A stretch of DNA of 64,000 nucleotides from Paraspadella gotoi (taxonomy: Eukaryota > Animalia > Chaetognatha). Where the stretch lies: assembly GCA_051294375.1 (NCBI GenBank), contig CM119265.1:12764124-12828123 (forward strand). Reading direction: 5' to 3'. This document shows positions 26,957-38,400 of the stretch, piece after piece (the stretch's first letter is position 1; every line of letters starts with the position of its first letter). The position numbers and the translations under genes were made by a program. The notes beneath the pieces were generated by a model, which searched no databases, was not told where the DNA came from, and saw only the letters and a list, made by a program, of their open reading frames with translations.

Positions 26957-28119
26957 CCCCCCTCGATTCGTAGAGACCCGAGACATAAAATCCGCTATAA
27001 AGTTTCCATCTTTCTCTCTTTTTTTATCGGAGGTAAAATTTCTCATTCTCATCGGGAAAAAAACTTCTTTTTTTTCGGCCAACGGGGAGAAAATATTTCT
27101 CGACCGGATTTCTGCCGAACTCGTTATCGTACTGAAGGGGCTCGTTTTAAATAAGAAACAGGGATTTCGGCGAAAGCATGGCGGCTGAAGTATTCTAGTT
27201 TTAGAGAAAGAATGGTAATTTAAGAAAAATTCCCCCCAAACAATTCGTGTCATTTGTGTATGTTTATTTTTTTTTTTTTTTTGAGAAAATCTCTCAAATT
27301 ATTAAGGTTAATGTATTTGGAGTAAAGGTTTTGCCATTAATATTTGGTTATTAATATTGTGATGGTACTAAAAATATTGATAATTTTTTTGGGGGAAACA
27401 CAACGCAGTTATCGCGAACGCTTAACAGAGTGAAAATGCCCACGCTCAATTTCAACCTCTTCCTAAGGTTTTCGATCCTAATCATATTTTTTTTTTACGG
27501 TCCCCCCTTTTCTTCGACGGGCTGCCTTCTCTCTCACTCTTCGCTCTTCAAAACCACATCCGGGGATTTTCGGTGCTATTTTTATCTCCGCGTCTTATTT
27601 TGTGCTCACTTTGACTGGGTCGCCTCCCTTTCCTCCTTACTTAAGCCGATGGTTTCATAATTCTCTTTTTCAACCGGTTCTATTCCTTTCTTTTATCTCT
27701 CTCTCTCTCTCTCTCACTCTCCCTTTCCTCTTATTACATTATTCTTGCTTCTCATTATTTCTCTTTCCTCCACTCCTTTTCCTGTTAATCTTTCCATTAT
27801 TCATTAATTACACTTTCTCTTCACCCCATTTCGCTTTCCTTTCCTTTCCTTCGCCCCATTATTTCTCATTATCGTTTCGCGCGAGACTCCCGTTTAACTT
27901 TTCCTTTCTTCCTCAACCCTTCCCCTCGCTTGAATATATTTTATCCTCTCAGCCTTACCTTTTTGTTCTCATTTTTAGGCCCTACCTTGCCTGCTCATCT
28001 ATACTTTCTCCCATTAATCGCCCCCCCCCTTCCCCGATTCCCGTTCCACTTACTCTCTCCCTCCGCCGCCATTTTGCGTTAATGCGAGGCTCTACTTTTT
28101 TTTCTTCCCCGAGGCGCTA

Positions 28120-28290
28120 ATTGGCTCTCGCCGCCTCCGCCTCCGACGCCGCCGCCGCTTCCTCCTCCCAGGGATTCGCCGGGTCGAGCTGCGATTGGCC
28201 ACTTTAATTAGTATCCGACCTCCGGTTGGTCGAAAAGCTCCGGAGCTCGCTGATTGGCCGTTGGCAATTAGCCCTCCTGCGCTCGATTGG
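28120..28290. promoter_or_regulatory. Cluster of inverted CCAAT boxes in a GC-rich island (candidate promoter)
   Basis: ATTGG at 28120, 28194, 28253 and 28286, and GTTGG at 28225. Confidence 0.45.
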
Positions 28291-28982
28291 TCGAGAGAAG
28301 CGCAAACAAGCGTCGGCGTTTCTCGATGATGTCGGAAGATATTACCCTTCATAACTTTTTTTACGATCGAAACTTTTCTCGCCATCCACCGACTCCTCAC
28401 CTCCGCCGAGCCCCCTCTGCAGCGCCCACTGCCCAACCTACGCGCGAAAGAGTTTTATAGGGGAGTCGGGGGAAGGAGCTCGTCGTTATAACGTGAAGTC
28501 GGTAATATAATTTTATGTACATAAAGGAGGTTTTTCTTGAAAGTCTTGCTTGATCCCTCGCCGGGGAAAACAATAACACGAGTTGCCGAGAGATGAAAGA
28601 TCGATCAATCTTTCGCGTGGTAATGTTTTTTCTTGAATCATTTGGTATGATAATGATCTTGATCGATCAACAGCGACCATACGGAAGACAAGCAGTCAAA
28701 AGACGCGCGGTTAAAAAAGCGCAACCCGAAAAAGGGTTGTTATTTAAAAAGAGAATCGGCGAGCGATCGCGCATATTTGTGAACTGGCGACAGTTGTGCT
28801 CAATTAGAAGATTAATCTCACAAACGGAAAACAAAGGACAAACAGAAATTGTAAACAAAGAAATAAAAAAGATAGAGCTGACGTCGATCCTCAGTTTTCG
28901 GTCGTCGACGTCAACGAAACCAAAAAAACGCGTCCTTTCGTTGTTCGGCACCAAATCGACCGGAAGAGCTGGCGTTGGAAGC

Positions 28983-29013
<31 letters not shown>

Positions 29014-29795
29014 TCCTCAAAGTCGTTAGACATCGTGACATGGAGACGTCACTTACCCTGCGGTCGTGACCCTAGAAACGTGACTGTTGACCAGAGGTCA
29101 TCCGTTTTTCTCTCTCTCTCTTTATCTCTCCTCCAGCGCGAATGAGCCATTTATTCTTTTTGTTCCAATTCGTCTAACGAGTTAGGGTGAGTCATGATTC
29201 TTTTAGATTTACTTTCAGGATCAGGAGAATTAAAATTTACAATATCGCCTAAACAAAAAAAAAAACTGTAAATCTCGCGGTCGGTTGGCTCCAATTTTTT
29301 TTCGCGCCTCGAATAAGAAAACAAGAAAAAGAAATGTTTTAACAATGCATATCGCTCTTCCTTTGAATATTTTTTTATTTTACATTTTAGATTCGCAGTT
29401 TTTTCAAGTTTTTTTCTCTCTCTCTCTCATGACTAAATCATGTCTGAGAAGATTGAAAAAACGGCTCATTAGGCCCCTAATGGGGCATGCCGGCGTCACC
29501 CCCGCCAGTATTAACACCGTAGCCCTTTGTGTCCCCTCTTCCCAGAGCGCGTTGGCAGCGGCATTCAAACCACGTTTTATCGTGTTTAGCCAAACAAACC
29601 TCTCTCTCTGTCTCTTTCTCTCTCTCTCTCTCTCTGTCTCTCTCTTTCTCTCCACCCTTCCTCTCAACGTCAATCAAAACCCCCTTCTGGCTTTTTTTCC
29701 TCTTCTTCCTCTTTAAACGAATTGCTTCAAACCATACTTGTCCAGCTCGCACATCTTTCTTTCCCATATCTGTGCTAATCATCTCTCTCTGTCTT

Positions 29796-29846
<51 letters not shown>

Positions 29847-30064
29847 TCTCCTTCCATCCTCTATTTTCCTCACAATTCCCCCCCTTCTTTCTCTCTCCCT
29901 GCCTCCTCTCTCCCGCCTCCCCCTCGTTCCGCCCATTTCTTTTAAAGACTTATTATCGACGTGGCACCCGTCAAAGTCTCTCCCGCGTTGCTAGGAGACG
30001 AGACGCGTTTCTGGTCGGAAGATCGACGCATATCTCTTTTCTTTTGTTCCTTTCCCTCTCGGTC

Positions 30065-30275
30065 CGTTGCTATGAAATTCCGTTGCTGCAGAATTCCGTA
30101 GCTATAATATGCTGTTGCTGCAGAATTCCATTGTGATAGAATTCCGTTGCTACGAGATTGTGTTGCTATTGAATTCCGTTTTTGCAGAATTCTGTGGCTT
30201 TTAAATTACGTTGCGGCGAAACTATGCGAGCTATTGAATTTTCGAGTTGCGAGATTCCATTTCGGCGAATTGCAG
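30065..30275. repeat. Degenerate ~16-bp minisatellite (GAATTCCGTTGCTGCA-like)
   Basis: Repeated gaattccgttgc variants, about 10 copies. Confidence 0.7.
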
Positions 30276-30881
30276 AATATAAATGCCTTGAACGACCCAA
30301 TTTTAATTTGATATCACTTTTAATCATTCGATCTCACTCAATCTTTTTAAAACTCTTTACAGACAACTTAAAATGCAAAAACTACTAAACGCGTAAAACA
30401 AGTAAAGAGAAAACAAATACAAACAACCAATTTCTTTTCCTTCTCGACTTCATATCCTTTTGATCCTCTCACTGGAAGTTTACGTCATTTGCGGTTTTTG
30501 TGCAACTCTGTTTGTGACTTTGTGTGTGACTCGGCCGTATTTGTTGAGAAAAGAAATGTTTTTGTTATTGAAAGAAAACAATTTTTTTTCTCGCTTTTTT
30601 TTTCCTTGACATTGAGGATCCATTCGTAGCTACATTGAAAAGAAAAACGCGGAGAATGAATGAGTAAAAGAGGAAAAGAAAGAAAATCTTGAAATAAAGG
30701 AAGAGAAAAAAAGGAAAAAAGAATAAGAACTGAAGAAAGAGGAAAGAAAGAGAAACCGCACAGGATGATTTTCAGGATTTTAGTTTATGATTTTTTTTTG
30801 TTTGGATTTTCTCTTGTTTATGTTTTTCTCATCTCCATATGCGGCGTCACGCTATTCTTTATCTCATTCCCCTTCTGAGTT

Positions 30882-30925
<44 letters not shown>

Positions 30926-32715
30926 AATTAAAATTTATTACTTCTTTTTTCCAATTTTTTTTTTAATTCAGCCCAGAAGAGAAAAAAATCGTTTCGCTAA
31001 TAAAAAATGCAAAGTTTGAATAAGAAAGTTGAAAAAAAAATGGCCCCAGTGATGATTTCTCGACAGACAAGCAATTACGCCTTACTCCCGGCGGTAAATT
31101 ATTCCCAATATTCAGTAATATATAATAATAATAACAGTAATTAAATATCACTTATCAGTAAGATTAAGTAGAAAAAACGATGTCGATAACCTGATGATTG
31201 ATGAATGATGAAAAAAAATTAGATATTTTTCTTGTCTAATCCCAGCGAAGCTCCTTTTTTAACCTTTTAACATTTTAACCTTATAACCTTTTGTCGGTCC
31301 GACCTGAACGGCGGCGCGAAAGACGAAGCGCCTCCAAGGTTAACTGGCCCTTCCGCTCTTACGCCCTTTCGTCCTTTTCGCTTCCGCCATTTTCCTTTTT
31401 TTTTTCCTTTCTTTCTTTTTCTCTTTTTGATTTTTTTTTATACGCAACTTTGCAGCTCTGGAAGAGTAGACATTTTTCGAATGGTCTGGCCTCGGGGCTA
31501 GTCGAGTCACTACTAAGTTTTACTAAGTTAATTGCACTAATTTATATTTTTATGTAATTACATAATAAAAAGCACTTATTAGGTTTTTTTTTAAATATTT
31601 TTCTCTCCTTTCTCCTCGTTCTCAATCTCTCCAGATGTCTCTCTATCTCTGTCTCACTCTCTCTCATTCTCTCTCTCATTCCATCCCTCTCTATCTCCTT
31701 ACACCTTTATTCTTCCACTCATTGGCCTTTTCCGTTCGATACTGACCGAAAAACACATCATTGCGACGGTTTGTCCCTCAACCGTATCGCTTGGCGTTCA
31801 TGAACTCAATCCAAATAGAGCGAGAACCCTTTATAAATCAAAACGGCGATGATCCCGACCGCCTCAACTTGGCGAAAGATCGTCGCGTGATCGAGACGCC
31901 AGGTCATCCATCATTTGACCTTTGACCGCGAGACGTCGCGTCGCTTCTCCTTGAAAGCGTCAATCAATCTATCCTTTCCTCTCTTCTTCGAAATCACAAA
32001 CGGGAGAATCGCGAGTCTGAAATCTGAACCAAGGACAGAAGTTGTGGCAGAGGCTGTGAAGAAGTTGTGACATTATATGGGCGAGAAGCGATATAAAACT
32101 GAATTATTGACTGACAAGATGAAAAGCAAGTCAAAAGTAACGAAAAAAAAAAACAAATGTCTAGTAACTATTGCTTTGTATGACTCAAGTAATAAAAAAG
32201 CCGAAAGCGTTAATTGCTGTTAGGAACAATAATAGAGCAATAACGATGGTCATAACTCGCGATGATTGAAGCAAAGCAAAGGAAAGAAGCTTCAGCAGCG
32301 GCGACAGAAGTAGCGACAGCAGCGGCGACCGAAGCTGTGACAGCAGCGTCGACAGAAGCCAAACCGATTGGCGATTGCGCGTGAAGGATTCAAAACATTC
32401 TCTCGGGAGAAGAATCGAAGAGGATGGGGGGAAAGGAAACGGGGAGGAAGGGGGAAGGGGGAAAAGGGGGGTGAGTGGAAAAAAAAAAGAGAGGAAAGGT
32501 TGAGGGGAAAGGATAGAACTGAGTAAGGATCGGCACCGGAAGGAAGACTCCGCAAAAAGGAAAAGGCGTGGCGACAACTGCCAGACTCAAAAACGAGGCG
32601 AGCTATCCCCTCTAAGCCCCGGGCAGCGGCCACTCCTCCCGGTCGACTCGGTCTTCATCGGCTGTTGTTGTTGTTGTCGTCGTCGTTTTTCCTCGTCATC
32701 ACCCGACTTTGGTAA

Positions 32716-32749
<34 letters not shown>

Positions 32750-33132
32750 GCTCGTCCTCCGACGCAAAGGAAAAAAATGAAAACTCGGTGGGATTAAGGG
32801 AAGGCGGGGAAGGATTGAGGAGATACAAGGGATGAGGAGACCAAGGGGGGAGGGAATAGAGTGGGGAATGAGTCCGGGGAAGTGGGGAACAAGGAAGGAG
32901 TTGGAACTGAGATTTCGAAAGAGAAAAAAAACAGAATTGAAAATCCTACTCTGTCGACTGCTGATTCTATGGAAGAATAGAGAACAAACAGGAAGGAGTG
33001 AAATCCTCAGCGACTGAAAGATGCGGAATGGATTCTTTATATTGTCGGACTAATATTACTGCTTTACGATGAATATGTGCATGTTAGATAGTAACTTAAA
33101 AATATGCAGAGGAAAAATATTTTAAGAGAACG

Positions 33133-33243
33133 GAATCCTAATCCTAATACTAACTCTAATCCTAATCCTAATCTCTAATCTCTTATCATAATCCTAATAC
33201 TAACTCTAATCCTAATCTCTAATCCTAATTCTAATACTAACTC
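33133..33243. repeat. Degenerate (CCTAAT)n hexamer array, telomere-like on the minus strand (ATTAGG)
   Basis: cctaatcctaatactaactctaat units. Confidence 0.7.
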
Positions 33244-34139
33244 TCTCCACCTTGTCTGCCTCTTACTCTGACCTTTCGTAGCCTCCTGGCCACTTAACTT
33301 TTCTGGCGTCTGATGTACTTTCCGGATTTCTCGATGCGTCAACCCAAAATAAACAGTATCTCAATATTTTCTTATTTAACTCAGTGATCTTTCTCTACCT
33401 TTATCTCTCAGTATATCACGTTGTATCAAGCAACCAAATGAAAAATTTCATCCGTAATACGGTAAAATATGAAAGAAGAGATTTTTCGTTGCATCGAATA
33501 GCAATTTTCCCTAAACTTCCTACATTGTTTCTCCATTTTTCGCGATAAAATATTAACCTGTTCCTTTTCCTCGCTCCGCCCCGGGCTGACGCGCGCTGCG
33601 CTGATCCCCGCCGCGACAGCGCGGCGTCGTGCTGCGTCTCGGAGTCACCGACCGAATTCCGTCCGCCAAGTTTTCGTCGTAAAGAGAGAAGATGAAAGCG
33701 GGAAATTTTGGACGAGCTGAACCGTGTGAGCGTGATTTTATCGTGGAGGAAATGAAGACGAAATTTCAAGGTCGGTGATATATGTGTCGAAACGGGCCTG
33801 TGGGTAAAATGGCGGGAAATAGAAAGTAAGAAAAAAACTATTATACAAGTTATCAAGTTATCAAATTTTGTATTCAAAGCTTATTTTTTAATCGGTCCTG
33901 CCTTTTCCCACCATATCAATGCTCTTGCCACACGCAATTTTCTTTTTATATCCACCTGCCACTAGTCAATTGCCACAAGACAACCCTTTTTTACATCATT
34001 AATCGTCAAGTATCTCAAACACCCCCCCCTCCAACAAAAAAACTTTCTTCGTCGGCGACGAAACAATCGAACCGAAATGAAGAGAAATCGATTTTTTGTT
34101 CGAACCCCAACTTTATATATACTCTCTCTCTCTCTCCTC

Positions 34140-34174
<35 letters not shown>

Positions 34175-34740
34175 ATCTCTTATTATTGTCTTATAACCCT
34201 TTACATCTAATCGTAATCCTATAAATCTTCTTTGATGCTTGAATATTCTTTACACGCTTTTTCTTAATCTTATTAGATGTTATTAAAGTTATATTTTAGT
34301 ACATCTCTGACTCTTGACAACTTTTTCCGCAATTCGTCTCTCCTTTCTCTACACTATGTGCTTGTAGTGCTTTAATTCTAAAAATACCGACCTCCAAACA
34401 CAACTCATAGTCATACGTATATAATATATATATATATATATATAATATATATACGGATACGTAAAACTCCCCGAGCTGGTATAAGGAAAAATCTCTAAGA
34501 AAATTAATATGAATCGTCGTCGTCGTTATCATCGTCGTTATCGTCGTCATGATCGTCTAATTTTCTCTGGTTGGTCATCTTTTCGTTAATGGAAAACTCC
34601 GTTTCCCGCCATAATGTCTGTAGATGGCACGAGCTTGGCGCTCCTTTTTTTTCTTTATTGCACTCTCTCTTTCTATATCTCTCTTAATATCTGTCTTATT
34701 GTTCTCCAAATAAGAAACTGATTGGTCCTCATAAAAATGG

Positions 34741-35230
34741 TGTGCTGGGCCCGAGTAGATGCCACCAGCGCGACGAGGGACTTGACAACTGTAATGCACA
34801 GTTCTAAGATGATAGCACCCAGGGTATGACACTGTAGGTGATTGTCTCGCAGGGAAGGTGAGGCATTAGACTTTGAATGATGATTGTGTAATTTACTTAT
34901 CAGTTTGTAATGTATTTACTACATTTGAAGTTGAGATAAAACACGGGAGTAATAAATTGGTAAAAACATGTAATCTTCATCAAGATTCAAGACAGACTGA
35001 AAACCTAGTTAAACAATCAATAAAGAAAGAAATCAAAATAACAAAAGGAATAATATCAAAGAGACATCTTGTGTTGAGGATATTTATGATTTGGAAACAA
35101 AAGTCTTCTTCTTTTGTTAAAGTTATTGATGACATTTAAAGTTGATATTTTCATGGCCGCCAGGTTGGCCCAGGACTGACAGTCCGATCGTTCGAGGAAC
35201 GAGTCCGGGTTCGATCCCTGGATGGCCGCA
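34741..35230 (-). repeat. 3' LTR
   Basis: Near-identical to 40390-40884; minus-strand ends TGCGGCC...CAGCACA; preceded by the PPT. Confidence 0.95.
35154..35230 (+). ncRNA. tRNA-like module (A-box/B-box, T-arm) at the LTR edge, antisense to the element; second copy at about 40806-40884
   Basis: GCCAGGTTGGCCCAG (A-box-like TGGCnnAG), T-arm CCGGG-TTCGATC-CCTGG with B-box GGTTCGATCC 42 nt after the A-box, internal hairpins GGACT/AGTCC and TCGTTC/GAACGA. Confidence 0.5.
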
Positions 35231-35243
35231 TGCCCCCCTGTTT
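35231..35243 (-). other. Polypurine tract AAACAGGGGGGCA
   Basis: Purine-rich run directly abutting the 3' LTR. Confidence 0.85.
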
Positions 35244-35407
35244 AATTATATGATAGATATAATTCAATAAAAATATGAAAATTAAAATAAGCTGATATAG
35301 AGGGATATATTCTTTTAATATTATCCGTTAACTGGCTAAAACTACCGAAAAAAAAAAAAAAAGAAATGTATATACAAATATATATACAATTGGTATAAAG
35401 GGTATTC

Positions 35408-38400
35408 TTAGTAGTTGTTGTTGTTGTCGTTTTCCGCCTGTTGGCGTTTGAGCATCTCTCTAAGCACGATTGCGTAAGTTGGTCTGTTCGAAAAGTTTTC
35501 CGCCGTTGGTATCGTGACTTTCTCGCACGTTGGCTCAATAGTTTCTTTTTCGAACTTGTTGTTGTTGTTGTCATTCTCCTGTTCTTTTGTGATTGAAAAC
35601 GCCGCGCGTGGAGGGCTAGGAGAATGGGACGGCGGCGACAAAAAACGTAAAGACGTTGATGGTCGGTTTGGGAGACGATGGGGTTGTTGGGGAAGGGGGG
35701 GGGAAGGTGGGGGAGGAGGAGGAGCGGCTCGTTGATTCGCGGAGCGAGTCATTGAACGAGTTATTCTCGTTGTTGGCGCCGGATTTCTTGTTCTCGGTCG
35801 GCCAGGGGCTCGCTCTGGGCGAGGCTCCGGATCTTCGACGTCCAGATCATCGTCACTGACCCAGGCTGGTTTGACTCGCGCAATGTTGACGGTGTCTCGT
35901 CCAGTGCTTGATCTCTCGACTGTCATGTTCAGTCCGTTGCGATGAATTACGCGGTAAGGGCCCTCGTATGGTGGGATGAGAGGCGGCTGGACGCCGGCTC
36001 GTCGAATGAAAACATACTGGGCTGAGTCGAGGTTTCTTGGGAGATGCACTGAAGGCTGTTGGTGGGCAGATGTTGGAGTAGGCTGCAGACGCGCGACTTC
36101 GAGTCGGAGTTTTGAGAGTTGGTTTCGGCGTTGTTGATTAAGTGCGGCGCCATCGAGCTGGGCGTCGCCGAGCATGCTGCCGGGTACACTCACTCCTTCG
36201 CCGAATACCAAGTCGGCCGCGGAGGCTCCAACGTCTTCTTTTATCGTTGTACGGATTGCCAATAAGGTCAAAGGTAGTTTCCAAAACCACCGTTCACTCT
36301 CCTCCCTTGCCAACGTCATAAGTGACTCTTTCAGTCTTCGGTGAAATCTTTCCACCAGGCCGTTGGATTGGGGGTGGTAGGCTGTCGTCGTCTGGTGCTT
36401 GATGCCCCACTGTTTCATCAATTGTCCCCATAAAGTCGACGTGAATTGGCTTCCTCTATCCGTTGTGATTACCGCCGGGATTCCGAAGATACTAATCCAT
36501 TGGAGGCTGAGGGCGTCGAGGATGGTGGGCGTGAGAGTGTCGTGGATTGGGATTGCGGTCGGCCATCTTGAGAATCGGTCGACTATGGTCAAAAGATGTG
36601 AAAATCCGTTCGATTTGGGCATTTTCACCAAGTCGAGATTGAGGTGCTGGAATCTGCGAGGTGGCACCTTGAACTCTCCGATCTCCGGTACTGTGTGCCG
36701 AGTTATTTTTGCTCGCTGACAGTCTAGACAATCTCTTGCCCATTTGGTCACGTCCTGGCGCATACTCGTCCAGACGAATTTAGCTGCAACGGCTTTACGA
36801 GTGGCTTCTACGCCAGGATGACCCAATCCATGGATTATGTCGAAGATCTTACGCCGCCATGATGCGGGAACGAACGGTCTCGCTGGTCCATTAGAGATAT
36901 CTACTAGTAGATCTTGATCTCCGGTCTTGATTTTTCTGAAGGTCAATCCTGACCTCGCTTCTTGAGCTATTCTTTGATAGTCCGGATCGAGGACTTGCTC
37001 TCTAGCCATTTGCTCGAAATTTATTTCAAAACTGGTGAGCGAAGCTATTGTTGCTTTAGCGTCCTCGAGTCGATCTTCCTTTATCTCTTTCCCTTTCGAC
37101 TTCGTTCCTTCCTGCGATGTCAGGGTTGCTGTCGGCGTCGTCGCTCTCTCTGGAGGTTGCGGCGTCGTTTGCTGCGTTGCAGACGCTGTCGTCGATGCTG
37201 CCGCTGACGTCGTTGTCGGCGTCATTGCCGAGGAGGTCGCCGATTGGTTTGTGAGCGATGTTGTTGAATTTTTCACTGCTGACGTTGCTGGCGTCGTTGA
37301 TGAGGTTGTTGGCGCTGGCGTGGCGTTCGGTCGTGATAGGGCATCTGCCACTACATTGGCCTTGCCCTTCAGGTATCTCACATCTGTCGTAAATTCCGCA
37401 ATTACCGAGAGTTGGTAAGATTGTCGAATCGTTTGAGGCTCTGCCTTTTTTCTGATTGCGGTTACCAAACTCTGATGATCAGTGTATAATGTGAAGGTAC
37501 GGCCTTCCACCCAGTGCCTGAAATGACGAACAGCTTTAAACGCGCCAAAGAGCTCTTTATCGAAGGGTGGCCAAAGCTTTTGATTCTTGGCGAGCTTGGC
37601 CGAGAAGAAGGCCAGAGGCTCCCATCCCTTTGGTCCACGTTGCTCCAGAACGGCTCCAACTGCTTGATCGGAAGCATCCGTCGTAATGCAGAGCTGAGCT
37701 CCGGTCCGAGGATGGTGGAGAAGGGCTGCTTGTATTAGTCCCTCCTTTATGGCTTCAAAGGCCCGTTCACAATCCTCTGACCAGTCTAGATGCTTAGGCT
37801 TGCCGCTGAGGGCCTCGTAGAGAGGAGCGCAGCGATGAGCGACTCTCGGGATAAAACGCCGATAATAATTTATCATTCCGAGAAATCGCTGCAACTCCTT
37901 GATAGTTGTTGGGCGCATTGTTTCTTGAAGAGTTTGAACTCGCTTTGGTAGAGGCCTGATACCGTTCTTGTCGACCAAGAACCCCAAGAACTCCAGAGAT
38001 TCTTGTCCCAATAGGCATTTTTTAGTATTAACTACTAAGCCGTTAGCATCGAGGGCCTTGAATACATTTTCTAGATCATGGAGATGCTCTTCCGGTGATG
38101 TCGATGCGACCAAAATGTCGTCGAGGTACACAAACGTGTGTGGGATGTCTCCCAAGATTTCATCCATCAACCTCTGAAAGTCCTGTCCGGCGTTTTTAAG
38201 GCCGAACGGACATCGAGGGAAAACATATAAGCCAAACGGCGTAATGACCGCCGTCTTCTTGACGTCATCAGGGTTGACTGGGATCTGATGATACCCTTTC
38301 AAGAGATCAATTTTCGAAAAAATTGTCTTTCCTTCTAATTGCGCGTTAAAGTCGCTGAGAAGTTTGACTGGGTATTTATCTTCCACCGTTTGTGCATTGA

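Noticed and set aside
33133-33243. Interstitial telomere
   Set aside because: Units are degenerate CCTAAT/CTAACT rather than canonical TTAGG or TTAGGG arrays; recorded only as a simple repeat
35175-35205. Hammerhead-like CTGACAGTCC...GAGGAACGA in the LTR
   Set aside because: Both LTR copies lack the conserved CUGAnGA and GAAA core
35408-35860. Possible chromodomain or env at the end of pol
   Set aside because: The tail is low-complexity Pro/Arg/Asn-rich with no chromodomain motif, and no env ORF follows
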